The notes beneath the pieces were generated by a model. It saw nothing but the letters and a program-made list of their open reading frames with translations. It ran no database searches and was not told where the DNA came from. Shown piece after piece: positions 18,701 through 29,000 of a stretch of 64,000 nucleotides of DNA (position 1 is the stretch's first letter; every line of letters starts with the position of its first letter). Made by a program: the position numbers and the translations under genes. Source of the stretch: a virus. The DNA lies in IMG/VR virus record IMGVR_UViG_3300046557_000512, positions 16,302-80,301 of that record, one strand, 5' to 3'.

Positions 18701-20982
18701 GACACGGACTGCGGGAACGTGCTGGCGAGCGACGACATCGCGTCTGAGGCGCTGTTACTGGCAACTGTGGCGCTCGAAGCCGCCGCGCTCGCTGAACCCG
18801 ACGCATTCGTGGCACTGGTCGAAGCTTGACCCGCTGACGTGCTCGCATTGCCCGCCGAGGTGTTTGCAGCGGTTGCGGAGGTCTGCGCGGCAGTTGCCTG
18901 CTGACCAGCGGTTGTCGCGGACGACGCGGCATTCGAAGCCGACGTGCTCGCAGCGGTCGCGCTGGTGGCTGCATTGGTGGCGCTGGTGCCGGCGTTGGTT
19001 GCTGCCGTCGTAGCCACCCCGGCCTGCGTGGTGGCCGTCGATGCACTGCCGGTCGCACTGGTCGCGCTGTTCGACGCGTTCGTCGCATAGGTGTTGGCGT
19101 TGCTCGCCGAGGTGCTGGCGTTAGTGGCGCTGGTCGAGGCGGCCGACGCGGATGTGCCAGCGGCGGTCGCGGATCCAGCCGCGCTCGAGGCAGAGGTTGC
19201 CGCGGCGTTGGCGCTGTTGGACGCCGCCGTCTGCGCGGTGACGTCTGTGATCGTCAGGCGGCGGATTTGAACCGTCGTCGATGTCGCGCCCCCAGCGAAG
19301 GCTTGTGCATACGGGCGCAGCCACACTGAGCCGGCCGGCCAGGCGGCAATCCCAGCACTGGCAGTGTCGCTGACAGTGACCGACATGGTCTGAACGGAGC
19401 CGTTCATGACCGGCCCGTTGTTGGTCCCGGCTCCGACCGAAGCGTAGGATGCGTCGAGTCCCCGCACGTTCATTTGCACGGTAGTCGACGCGTTGCCAGT
19501 GCCGACGATCGCGGTCTGCTGGTATTCGACCTCGAACTTGTAGATCTTGCCCGGCGTCGCTGGAACGACGGCGCGTGTGGTAAAGATGAATGAGCTGCCA
19601 GAGACGACCGTCTGCTGGTAAACAGGCCCGTAGCCCGCCGCTGTCGCGTTCGACGGCAACCCAGCGCTCGAGGACGGCGAGCCTGCGATGGAACCCAGCA
19701 CGAAGTAGTCCCCAGTGCCGTCGTAGCGGTCAGGGAGCGTCTTCACGGCGTTGATATTGGCCGATACCTGCGAAGCAGCAGCAGCGGCGGCTGAGTTGCT
19801 CGAGTTGGTGGCGCCCGTGCTGGCCGTCGTGGCGGAACCGGCCGCAGCAGTCGCGCTGTTGCCGGCGTTGGTCGCGCTGGTCTGCGCTTGGGTGCGGGCC
19901 GTCTCAGCCGCGGTTTGTGCGGCGACCGATGCTGCGCGGGCGGTGTCCGAATTGGTAGCGGCTGTTTGAGCGGCGGTCTGTGCGCTCTGAGCGGCCGTCA
20001 GCGCCGTTTGAGCGGCACCCTGGGCCGCGGTGGCGTTGGTCGCCGCCGTGTTCGCGGTGTCGCGGTAGCCCTGCGCGGAGGTCGCGCTGGTGGCCGCGGC
20101 GGCAGCGCTGGCGGCGGCTGCCGCGGTGCTCCCGTAGGTCGCTTCCAGCTGATCCTGGCGCGTGGTGATGTCGTCGATGTTCTCGAGGACGGTGTCGACG
20201 GGGATGCCGCCTACATGGTGCGTGTCGTTAGAGGTGCCCTGCCCCGTGATGACGTCGCCGTCGTGGATGAGGTTGCCGTTGCTATCCCTGATGTTGCCGG
20301 CATGGCCCATGTCGTTCCCGAGAGAGCCGCCGACGGTCGCGCCGTCTTCGGGTTTCCCAGGGCCGGTGACGCCGCCCCAGTTCGCCAGCTGGCTCGCGCG
20401 ATCAGCAAGAGACGCGTCGAGATCGGCCTGCTTCGCCGCGACCGCTGCGAACGCAGTTTGGAAGTCTGCTTGAACGATGCCGGGCGTGTCGCCAGTGAAG
20501 TCGTTCCACGCGGGCTTTCCACCGGCCGACAGGGTGTTGAGGTAGACATCGAGCGCCGTCTTGGCGGCGAGCAAAGCGGAGCGCGCGCTATCCAGACCAC
20601 CAAGCTGCACTGCCTTGGCGGCCGAAGCGGCCACACTGGCCGCGATCTGGTTGTAGGTCGTGACCAGCGAGGGTTTCTCGCCGCGCGAGAGGATCCCGTC
20701 GCTCGTGATGCCAGCGAGGTCACTAATGACCTGACTGGCAGCGACGCTCATGATCGTACCGGTCACGTCGCCGGCGAAGGCGACGTTTGCCAGCGGCTGA
20801 TAATGCGCGCTCTTGGCGCCGATCAGGTTGCTGTAAATTGCCCCGCCCGCGGCGATGTCAGCATCGACCCGGCGGTAGGCGCGAACCTGGAAGGTGTAGA
20901 ACCGATCGGCGGCCACGCCGGGGAGGATGATCGAGCGCTTGTTGGGCTGGACGAACACACTGGTGGCTGCGGGGGTCGGCAT
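15769..20982 (-). CDS. Long tail fibre / receptor-binding protein with Ala-Ser-Thr repeats and four carbohydrate-binding-like globular domains
   Basis: 1737 aa. Stf-like SATAAAGSATTA heptads alternate with beta-rich domains ending ITDVT, IRDIT, FEDVT and FRAAT. Confidence 0.85.
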   Translation of the reverse strand: MPTPAATSVFVQPNKRSIILPGVAADRFYTFQVRAYRRVDADIAAGGAIYSNLIGAKSAHYQPLANVAFAGDVTGTIMSVAASQVISDLAGITSDGILSRGEKPSLVTTYNQIAASVAASAAKAVQLGGLDSARSALLAAKTALDVYLNTLSAGGKPAWNDFTGDTPGIVQADFQTAFAAVAAKQADLDASLADRASQLANWGGVTGPGKPEDGATVGGSLGNDMGHAGNIRDSNGNLIHDGDVITGQGTSNDTHHVGGIPVDTVLENIDDITTRQDQLEATYGSTAAAAASAAAAATSATSAQGYRDTANTAATNATAAQGAAQTALTAAQSAQTAAQTAATNSDTARAASVAAQTAAETARTQAQTSATNAGNSATAAAGSATTASTGATNSSNSAAAAAASQVSANINAVKTLPDRYDGTGDYFVLGSIAGSPSSSAGLPSNATAAGYGPVYQQTVVSGSSFIFTTRAVVPATPGKIYKFEVEYQQTAIVGTGNASTTVQMNVRGLDASYASVGAGTNNGPVMNGSVQTMSVTVSDTASAGIAAWPAGSVWLRPYAQAFAGGATSTTVQIRRLTITDVTAQTAASNSANAAATSASSAAGSATAAGTSASAASTSATNASTSASNANTYATNASNSATSATGSASTATTQAGVATTAATNAGTSATNAATSATAASTSASNAASSATTAGQQATAAQTSATAANTSAGNASTSAGQASTSATNASGSASAAASSATVASNSASDAMSSLASTFPQSVSAGIFTQAFTNYADGSLPANTMSTDGKTIQLDTAAASYPWGAWCNSKIVWAPGRKYQLVAVIKKVSGSAANYAGAYLTRFNAAKANSGNVVLSPYVLLDGTVQTLTWTYDTTTSGVAGEVFRLGLLTNRDVTGANLATAARVDVTALYIRDITEQSAAAGSASAAASSASTASTSATNASTSASAAQTSATNASTSAGNASTSATTAATSATNAAGSANTASTQATNASNSATAAAGSATAASGSASTASTQATNASNSASAALASQVSASSSAAGALQSAAATFPSDFTQEGKFWQAGYTGDPATRVSIQTNATFRFPTVTGIGKVFEVDGAGSTYYSSIGVMKAQAGRRYRVTMTARVTNVPVGSPQFACYLTYLNDAYNQATNISTGSGILTQNTWVTRVTEVSGDTVIAAGGVYIRPIFAALNASNTYQLASCKFEDVTDQFNAAGSATAAATSASNASTSATNAGTSATAASGSATAANTSAGNASSSASTASTQASNANTSATNASNSATAAAGSAVTASTQAGNASTSATNAQSFAAASSASAAAALSSANLAATIGANSINVNPLFNAWANASNPPDNWSVWAYTGAATRARVTSPRGGFAIRDTVAAAEECGHQQSWNNTTAMGQGTLRLGWYVLEAEVRLISGSLAGSSMLLQGYNSSNSYQVDVGRIDFFSDPDSSGNAVGAGVAGTTYRFAKLVRLQDAAATEPVLFALSNWAQLTRAAKVIEWYRASFRAATDQEIASQAATSSITSLSSRVTTTEGALVTVNGKVEAYAQKEVVAGAAAAFISFRAKDDNGTLTSDVAIGASNISLYNQTTAGWTLTLQMVGGNAVFTGGLQAGAFIRLGSGQGWPVALKSKDFLVSDGDVVSFGTDLGALPALDFKQNNLAPLSAGETYKLYADSLTSTGFTARLRILTPASPSNYDLTTSTAPGSGPTLQIDKSSSPDATDGNYRLQFSGTITLHSSFIPD

Positions 20983-21028
20983 CCCCGCATTATAGGTTAT
21001 TGCATGTGTGTTGTCACCTATGCACTAG

Positions 21029-24000
21029 CTACGTTGCGGAGCTGGTCACCATCACCTCAAATCCATCGATTGAAGCCTCGTCGCCAGTCCAGCCCCACTC
21101 AAAGCTGATGTCGGCCGAGCCGTCCGTGTTGACAGTGTGATCGACGTCTGTGCCGACCTCAGTTGTAGGCGCCGGGATCGCGGCGCCGTTGCGGTTATTC
21201 TGCGACAGGAAGTCGGCCATGATCGACCCAGGGGCGATCGCGATATCGAACGACTTTTGGACCCAGGGCGACTCCGACGTTTCGCTGACCGAGCGCACCT
21301 GCGCGACCCAGCCGCCCGTTTCGAGGCCGGTGATCGTCACGAGCAGTGAGCTGTGAACGCCAAGGCTGCTCCAGTCGGCCGCGGTCGACTTGCGATACTG
21401 CACCTCATATCCGGTGACGCCGGTCGCGTCGGCCGGCGGCGAGATGACGACGTCCGCTGTGCCGTCGACCTGGAAGTTCTTCGGTACGACCGCGATCTCT
21501 TCGGGCGGATCGAGGTCGGAATAGGTCACAGAGATGGTGCCGCGGACACCAGGGGCCGTCGGCAACGGGGCGCGATCGCCATGCTTGTTGTAGGCGCACA
21601 CGCGAAACTCCACCACGTCGCCGGGGTTCGCGGTCACCATGTATTCAGCGACGTTCACGGCCGAGCCGATCGGACGAAGCGGCCCTCCATTCACGCCCAT
21701 ATAGACGTCCGCACCCGCGTAGTTGCGGATGCCGGCGGCGCTCCAATGGACGCGGGCGCTGATGGACTTGCGGTTGGCCTCGACCAGACGCTCATAGTCG
21801 AACAGCACCGTCTGGACATGACCGACCGCTCGATCTGACAGCGAAGTCACCGGCGTCGGGATCTCGACCTCGGGAGGCCCATACACCAGCTCGTTATATT
21901 CACCGAACGAGAGCTTGCGCTTCTCGATACCAGTGCCTTCGATGCCGATCAGGGTGTAGATCCGCGGCGTATCGGTGACCTCGCCGAAGATGAAATTGCG
22001 TAGAGCGTCAGGCGCCCCCGGCAACGGCGTCGACACATCGACAAAGGTCTGCGTCACCTCGGCGGCGGGCGCCACGACTGGGCACTCGATCACTGCGTCG
22101 GTATCCCAAAACGCAACCTGGGCGCCGACCGTGAAGCCAACGGTGCTGTCGAGCAGGATGGTATCATAGGTCCCGCCCTTCACGAGATCCACAACCTCGG
22201 CGTCCGCGGTGCCGCATGTCACGCGCATCGGCGGCGCAGCCGTCGACAGCGAAGCATTCGTCGGCAGGAGAATGCGATTGCCGACGACGTTCGAGATAAC
22301 CGCCGTGCCGGCGGCCGTGGTGTCAAAATGGACCATCAAGGCATATTGCTTGCCTGGGATCAGGTTGACCTCTTGATCGAGCTGAACACGGGTCGTCGTC
22401 GAGCCAAAAGCCGTGCGGCCACTCTGGCTCCACTCCATCATCGGATGACTGATGAGCGCGTTCTCGCCGATCGTCAGGTTGATCGACTCGAGGCCGGTTT
22501 CGAAATCGATGGAGCGGATCAGGACCCGGTTGGCATAGATGAAACGCCACAGCTGTGCAGTTGCCTGCGCGATGTTGTCGACGCCGGGCAGTTCCAAAGC
22601 CGCCGTGCGCTTGGCTTCGTTGAACAGCACCGCCTTCGGATCGACGTATCGAATCGTCTTCTCTTTGTTGCGGTCGTTCTTGTCATAGAAGGACAGCTCG
22701 AACTCATTCGCGCGATCCGTCATACCCATATAGGTCACCTGGAAGGTGCCCTTGTGGATGTTGCCGGCGCCGAACATCGTTACCGGGTCGCGCGGTCGGT
22801 CGATTGCGACGCTCAAGCGGCGGCCGAGCGGAACAGGGGCCGCATAAGCCACGCGCAAGACGGTCGCCAGCGCGTCGCCCACGTTGCTGGATTCGGCGAA
22901 AACACCGTTGAAAGTGATGCCTTTGTCGACGCAGTATTGAGCGAAATCGACCCACGCCGGCCAGTCGATCTGATCCAACGGGAAGCCGCAACCGCGCTGC
23001 TCGCCGCAAAGGATGTCGAGACAGATCCAAGCGGGGTTGGCTGACCAACGCTTGACCGTCTTGTTACCCTCGACGTCATATTCCTGAAGGATGCAGCCGC
23101 GCGTGCGGGCTGTCACCGTCGGGATTTGGTTGAGCTGTTCGCTCAGCTTGATGCGCAGGCTCAGGTTGGCCGTGCCGCGCAGGGCAACTTGCTCGGTCTG
23201 GATCTCCGCGACGTCGGTGAGATAGACCTCGTCAACCTTGTATTGGTCGGTAGAGGTCGCGGTGGTCCGCCTAATCCGCACCTCGTGATAGGCCAGATTA
23301 AGAGGGCCGCTTTCGAACGACTTTCGAATCGCACGCGTGCGGCTGTCCTGGACCGTGATCTGTCCGGTCTGGTTGTGCGGGTAAACCACGACCTGCGTGA
23401 TCGTCGCCCCAGGGATGTCGATGTTGACGTCCCCGCCGCCGGGGTTCTGGATCTCGTAATAGTCGCCGCCGACCGGAGAAATATCGGTCTGCCCCACGAC
23501 AGACCCGTCACCTGACGGGTCGAAATTATAACCGTATGCGCCAGGATCAGCGATCGTCGGCGACATGGAAATCCATTCGCCACCGTCGATGCGATAGCGT
23601 GCCTCAGCACCCGTCTCCAGTGCGGCGCTCTGCTGGTAGCCCTTGCTGGCCCACACCTTCATCAAGAGCCCGTTGATGAGCGGATTGTTGAACCAATTGC
23701 TATTCTGGTAATTGCTCGGATTGCCGCTCGCGCCCGTCCAACCCGAGACCGGCTGCTTGGTGACAGGGTCGAGCTCGCGGTATTCCATCACGAAGGTGAC
23801 GCTTCGTGTGCTGTAGGTGCCCTTCTTCTTATCGACGTTGACCAGACCCGTCGTGAAGGAGACGTCAAAGCGCACATGATCGACGGGCGTCGTGGTCTGG
23901 TGGATGACGTCAGCCGTGTCGATCTTGACGCTCTTGTTCACCTGGCGCAGCGAACGCCCGAACCAAGGGTTGACGTCCTCGGTCAGCGTCCCCTTCTTGA

Positions 24001-24685
24001 GGATCGTTTGAACGTCGGTGAAGTTGCTGATCGGCTGCTCATTGAGCTCGAGGTCATAGACGCCCTCAATCTCCCCATCGTTGAGCACAGCTCGCAGATA
24101 GAGATACTGATCGTCGCCGACGTTCTCCGTATACGTGTCGGCAAAGTTTCCGCCGGTGCGGAACTCGCCATAAACCACTTGATACGGGATGTTCTCGGTC
24201 GCGCTATTCTTCGCGCCGTCGATACCATAGGAATTATTGTTCTGGTCTGCCGGCGTTTTCGGCTTCGGCGTCAGGAGCAGAGCGTTGATGACCCCGGCGA
24301 CCGCCATTCCGACGGCCAACGCGCCGGGGATGCCGATGATCGGGGCGAGAAAGACGAGTGAGGCCACGACGGCCGCGATCGTCACAACCATGCGAAGGAT
24401 CGACTTCAGGCCGTCGCCTCCCTGCGGGACCAGCAGCAAACCAATGACGTCACCGGCGTCGATCGCCACCGTCTTGGCGTCAGCGAGGTCGACCTCACGC
24501 CCATTGACGAAAACCATCCACTCGCACTCGGCCGGCAAGCCATCGAGATATGTCGCCAGCGGCTGACCCGTTTGATGGACCAGCTCGTGGATCTCGACTG
24601 TCGACGGCGCGAAGACGTCGTAGAGCAGGCGCAGCTCGACCTCATCGGCCGCGCAGGTCGACGCAGGAGCGAGAATTTCCCTCAT
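21029..24685 (-). CDS. Tail tip / host-specificity protein J-like (N-terminal gpI-like segment, C-terminal FN3)
   Basis: IPYQVVYGEFRTGGN, WSANPAWICLDIL, FNGVF, PVTMFGAGNI, FN3 repeats. Confidence 0.88.
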   Translation of the reverse strand: MREILAPASTCAADEVELRLLYDVFAPSTVEIHELVHQTGQPLATYLDGLPAECEWMVFVNGREVDLADAKTVAIDAGDVIGLLLVPQGGDGLKSILRMVVTIAAVVASLVFLAPIIGIPGALAVGMAVAGVINALLLTPKPKTPADQNNNSYGIDGAKNSATENIPYQVVYGEFRTGGNFADTYTENVGDDQYLYLRAVLNDGEIEGVYDLELNEQPISNFTDVQTILKKGTLTEDVNPWFGRSLRQVNKSVKIDTADVIHQTTTPVDHVRFDVSFTTGLVNVDKKKGTYSTRSVTFVMEYRELDPVTKQPVSGWTGASGNPSNYQNSNWFNNPLINGLLMKVWASKGYQQSAALETGAEARYRIDGGEWISMSPTIADPGAYGYNFDPSGDGSVVGQTDISPVGGDYYEIQNPGGGDVNIDIPGATITQVVVYPHNQTGQITVQDSRTRAIRKSFESGPLNLAYHEVRIRRTTATSTDQYKVDEVYLTDVAEIQTEQVALRGTANLSLRIKLSEQLNQIPTVTARTRGCILQEYDVEGNKTVKRWSANPAWICLDILCGEQRGCGFPLDQIDWPAWVDFAQYCVDKGITFNGVFAESSNVGDALATVLRVAYAAPVPLGRRLSVAIDRPRDPVTMFGAGNIHKGTFQVTYMGMTDRANEFELSFYDKNDRNKEKTIRYVDPKAVLFNEAKRTAALELPGVDNIAQATAQLWRFIYANRVLIRSIDFETGLESINLTIGENALISHPMMEWSQSGRTAFGSTTTRVQLDQEVNLIPGKQYALMVHFDTTAAGTAVISNVVGNRILLPTNASLSTAAPPMRVTCGTADAEVVDLVKGGTYDTILLDSTVGFTVGAQVAFWDTDAVIECPVVAPAAEVTQTFVDVSTPLPGAPDALRNFIFGEVTDTPRIYTLIGIEGTGIEKRKLSFGEYNELVYGPPEVEIPTPVTSLSDRAVGHVQTVLFDYERLVEANRKSISARVHWSAAGIRNYAGADVYMGVNGGPLRPIGSAVNVAEYMVTANPGDVVEFRVCAYNKHGDRAPLPTAPGVRGTISVTYSDLDPPEEIAVVPKNFQVDGTADVVISPPADATGVTGYEVQYRKSTAADWSSLGVHSSLLVTITGLETGGWVAQVRSVSETSESPWVQKSFDIAIAPGSIMADFLSQNNRNGAAIPAPTTEVGTDVDHTVNTDGSADISFEWGWTGDEASIDGFEVMVTSSAT

Positions 24686-25059
24686 TGGGGCACGCCGTAT
24701 GTGTAAGCGGCCAAGGGCGTGAACGGCCCCGAGAGGAGCCGCGGCGCGGTTACCCCGCCTTCGATCGCGTGAATGAAGCGGTCAGAGCCGAGGCAGACAC
24801 CGACATGGGCGCCAACACCCTCGAGCCGGAACGTCACCAACGACATCGGCGTGCCCATCGGCACACGCTGCCAACGCGCTTCATTGGCGCTGATCAATGC
24901 AGCCACCTCTTCGTTCGTGCCAGGCGACGTGAAGTCCGGCACGACGATCCCGGCACGACGGAACATCTCGATCGCCAGGCCGTAGCAATCATAGCTGTTC
25001 GGGCCGCGCGCGCCACGCTCAAACGGCTTGCCGAGAAGGTCGATATAGGGCGGGATCAT
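24682..25059 (-). CDS. NlpC/P60 tail assembly peptidase (gpK-like)
   Basis: GARGPNSYDCYGL, HVGVCLG, FIHA. Start MIPPY. Confidence 0.88.
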   Translation of the reverse strand: MIPPYIDLLGKPFERGARGPNSYDCYGLAIEMFRRAGIVVPDFTSPGTNEEVAALISANEARWQRVPMGTPMSLVTFRLEGVGAHVGVCLGSDRFIHAIEGGVTAPRLLSGPFTPLAAYTYGVPQ

Positions 25060-25098
25060 CGCGCAATCATAACACGCATGCGTGTTGTTTGCCATGCG

Positions 25099-25722
25099 CT
25101 AGATATTCATCGGCACAAGGCCGGGCAGCCCGCGGAAGTTGAGGCTGTTGTTCTTCGCCTTGCAGCCGCCGGCGCCCTCCAGGACATAAGTGCAGGTGGT
25201 TTCGGCGCCGGCGTATCCGCAGCCAAAACCCTTGAACCGCCACGCGCAGCGCTCGCGCGACTGACGATACTTGGGGAACTGGATCTGCAGCGGGTTCTCG
25301 GCGCCCAGGGTTGCGGTGATGACGAAGTCCTTGGCCGACGAGCCGAGCACAGAGAAGCGCTCGCGGATCTCGGCGGGGAAGTCGAGGCGGGCAGCGTTGA
25401 CGACCGTGAGAACGACCTCAGAGAAAACGCCGCCGGCGTAAGCCTCGAGCCTCGACTGGATCATCAGGCTGGGATCACGCGCGGTCAACGTGACGTCGGG
25501 AGCCGAACCCTGTTTCTGCACCACGTTGAGGTCGAAGTTGGCCGCGTAATAGATGTTGCCCTCGAACTCGACGTTCTCGGTGTTCGTGACGATGCGGACC
25601 ACCTCCTCCACCACGCGAGTGTTCGGGTTGGTGATGTTGAGGTCGAGCAGAATCAGAAACGCGGTAGCCGACGACAGCTTATTCTTTTCGATGACCGTCG
25701 CGACGGACAGATGGCGAGCCAT
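25099..25722 (-). CDS. Minor tail protein L-like
   Basis: C-terminal CAWRFKGFGCGY...C...C...NFRGLPG. Confidence 0.82.
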   Translation of the reverse strand: MARHLSVATVIEKNKLSSATAFLILLDLNITNPNTRVVEEVVRIVTNTENVEFEGNIYYAANFDLNVVQKQGSAPDVTLTARDPSLMIQSRLEAYAGGVFSEVVLTVVNAARLDFPAEIRERFSVLGSSAKDFVITATLGAENPLQIQFPKYRQSRERCAWRFKGFGCGYAGAETTCTYVLEGAGGCKAKNNSLNFRGLPGLVPMNI

Positions 25723-26096
25723 CAGACCTCCTTCATTTGGAATGTGGGTGACCAGCGCCGGGTCGTGCCGATCGCGCTTGGGTTCCAGTCGGGCTCTTTC
25801 TCGAAGCGGACCTGGCGATCGATACCGACCATGTAGTCGTGATAGATAAACGCGACGGTCGTAGTGTGATCGAGCCAGAACTGGTTGAGCATGTTGAAGT
25901 CGGCCTGGGTGAGGCCGATGAAGCCCGTTGTCACCTGGTCGCGGCCGCGGCGCGTGAACCGCGGACGGCGAGCCTCGTAGCCACCTTCTGCGTCCGCGCG
26001 GATATCCGCAACCTCATTCTTGATGTCGTATTTCGAGGGGCTCTCACCCAGCGAAAGCCCCGCGATCTTGGTGGGGAATGTCGTCGCGACCGTCAC
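25722..26096 (-). CDS. Distal tail protein (gpM-like)
   Basis: EGGYEARRPRFTR, directly after the tape measure gene. Confidence 0.72.
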   Translation of the reverse strand: MTVATTFPTKIAGLSLGESPSKYDIKNEVADIRADAEGGYEARRPRFTRRGRDQVTTGFIGLTQADFNMLNQFWLDHTTTVAFIYHDYMVGIDRQVRFEKEPDWNPSAIGTTRRWSPTFQMKEV

Positions 26097-29000
26097 TTTC
26101 CTGCCTTCCTCATATTGGCGAAAAGGTCGCGCAGCGGCCCCTGCTTGGTGGCTGCTTCAGTGACGACACCGATCACCCAATCTTTCCCGTTGAAATTGGC
26201 ATCGCCCACGGTGGCGTCGGCGGGCACGCCGGTGTTGTTGATGAACTCGATCTTGACGTTCGGTGCTGCGCCACCCGCGCCGGCGAGCCGGCGACCCAAG
26301 AGATCCTGCTGATCCTCGGTAAGCATCAGCTCCTTTTCCTTGGCGATGATCGGGACCTCACCAGGCATCAGCGGGCGACCGCCGATCTCACCGCCGGTGT
26401 GATACTTGCGGGCGTTCGCGAACACGGCCGGGTCGACCGCACCCCAAGCGGTGGCGGCGCCACCGATCAGGCCGCCAGTGTGGAAGCCGTCGACACTGAC
26501 CGACCCGGTCTGGCCGCCCGAGCCGCCCGATGGGATCACTGCATTGCTCTTGCCACCGAACGCCGCGCCGAGCTGGTCCGTCATGAACGACCCGAGCGAC
26601 ATTGTCCCACCGCCGGCACCAGCCGTCGGGGCCATGCCGAGCGCGGACAAGATCGCGTAAGCGATCACAGCCTTCAAAATGACCTTGAGTAGCGCCTTGA
26701 TCGTGTCGGTGACGAACTTCCCGATATTCAGATTGCCCTCGGCCAGGCCGTCGACCAGGGTCGAGATAGAGTCGGCCATCACCTGCTGGATGTTGTGGCC
26801 GAGCTGCGCCCACTGACGCATCATCTTCGTGGTCTCGGTCTCGTTGTCGCGAGAGACCTTGGCGCCCTCCGCCTTCTTCCAGGCGTTGAACGCGGCTTCC
26901 ATGCGCTTGCGTTCTTCGGTGCCGGCCGCAGTCAGCGAGATCAGCTTGCGTTGGCGATCGACCTCATCCTCGAAGTTCTTCTGACGCGCGGCATCCTCGT
27001 CGAGCAGACCGTTCATGATCTGCCGAGTGGATTCTTCCCAACCGTTGGTGATGTCGGCGGCGTCTGCCGCGTTCATCGCCTTGACGATGTCGTCGACCTT
27101 GCCCTGGACGCGCGTGAGATCGTCGCCCTTCAGACCATCAGTCAGGCCCGCAAAGCGGCTGGTGACCTGCGCGAGACGCTTGTCGGCCTCATAGGTCCCG
27201 GCATTCAGCGAGCTCCACAGCTCCTTGGACTTCGTGGTCGCCTTGGAGAGCTCGTCGTCGAGCTTGTCGTCGACTCCCTTGACGTCCTTCTGGTGCTGAA
27301 GGTTGTCGAGGAGCTTCATGTATTCCCGCATCTGGTCGATGCGGCCTTGGGTGATGCCCTTATATTTGCCCGCGGCGAGCTCGGCGTTGAACCTCTCCAG
27401 GTTGCCCTTGCCGCCAATCAGCTCATCGGAAAGCTGCGCGATTTTACCGGCCGTGGTCGCCAGCGCCTTGTCGAACGCCTTGTTCGGGTCGACCTTGCCC
27501 ATCTCGGACTTGGACTGCTGAAGCGCGTCCTTCAGCGCCATCTGACCGCGGTAGGCGTCCTTCTGCGCGTCGGTCCAGCCGGCGTATTTCGACGATCCGG
27601 CCGCGACCTCGGCGTTGAACTGCGCAAGGTTACCCTTGCCGCCGGCCAGCTGGTCGCGCAGCTTTGCCGCGTTGCCGGCGGCCGTGGCCATCGCATTGTT
27701 GAAGTCGGCGCCCTTGCCGCCTTTGCCTAGCTTTCCAGCGGCATCGTCGGCGGAGTCACCAACCCCGTTGATGTCACCCCGCAGCTGGCGCAGCGCAGCG
27801 CGGCGCGCGTCGCCCTCCATGCCGCCGCCCGACGTAGGGGTGATTTTGGCGAGGTCATCAATGCGCTTGTTGCGATAGTTGCTGGAGGTCGCGTCATACC
27901 ACTTGCGCAGATTCTCCTTGCCGGTCTTATCGTCCGACTTGAGCAGGCTCTTTTTGCGCGCGTATTGGGCCGACAACCGATCGAGGAAGTTGTCGTTGTC
28001 GGAAGTGATGCTCTCATACCACTGGCGCTGGCGGCTACGGAAATCAGCACGAGCGCCCTCCACCTGCGCATTGTTCAGGTCTGCCAGATCCTGATTGAGC
28101 GCAGCCTTCTTCTTCGCACGCTCAGCCGGGCTCAGCGACATCACGCCAAGCTGCTGCATCGCGATGTCGTCGCTGGTCGAACCACTGTAGTTGGCGGTGT
28201 TGCTGGGATCGTCGAGCTGCTTGATCTCCTGGGCGATGCCGGCCTTGCGAGCCATGACGATCGCCGCGTCGCCCGCTTCCTTGAAGCCGGCAGCCATGCG
28301 GCGCGCGGCCGCCGTTGCCTTGTCGGCCTGGGACTCGAACACGCCGCAAGCGGATGCCGCCTGGTAGAGCAGCATCGCGATGATGCCGACCGGCCCCAGG
28401 GCAACACTGACGGCGGCGCCCAACACTTCCGCAGCGACAGCGCCGGCCGCCATTGCCGTGGTCCAGAAACCAGTGGCGACCGTGTCAGCGGCAATCGCGG
28501 CCGTCTCGATCTCGATCGCGGCCGTGGCCGTGGTGGTCGCCACAGTCGCGGCCTCTTGCGCCGTCGCCGAACGCAACGCGGCTTCTGCTGCGATCGCCTC
28601 CGCTTCGGCCACCGCGATGTCTGCCTTCGACAGCATGTTGCGCGCGATCGTCAGACGATTGGTGGCGCGCTCATACGCTGCGAGCGCTTCTGCCCGGCTG
28701 GCGAATTGCCCAGTTTCGGTGCGCCCGGTTTGCAGCACGTTGAGAGCCGCCAGCTGCTCGGCTTCGAGCGTGGCGACCAAGTTCATGCGGGCGACCTGCT
28801 GACCCCTCAGACCCGCGAGCGTGTCTTCGGCGGCCTGCGCGGCGATGCTGGCGCGACGCGCGATCTGGATCGCGGTAGCCTCTTCGGCGACCGCGGTGTT
28901 GGCCATCGCCGTCGCATATTCGGCCTGCGCGGCCGACATGAGCTGGAGCTCACCGCGACCTGCTGCCACGGCGGCATTGTAATTGATCTGCTCCAGCGTC

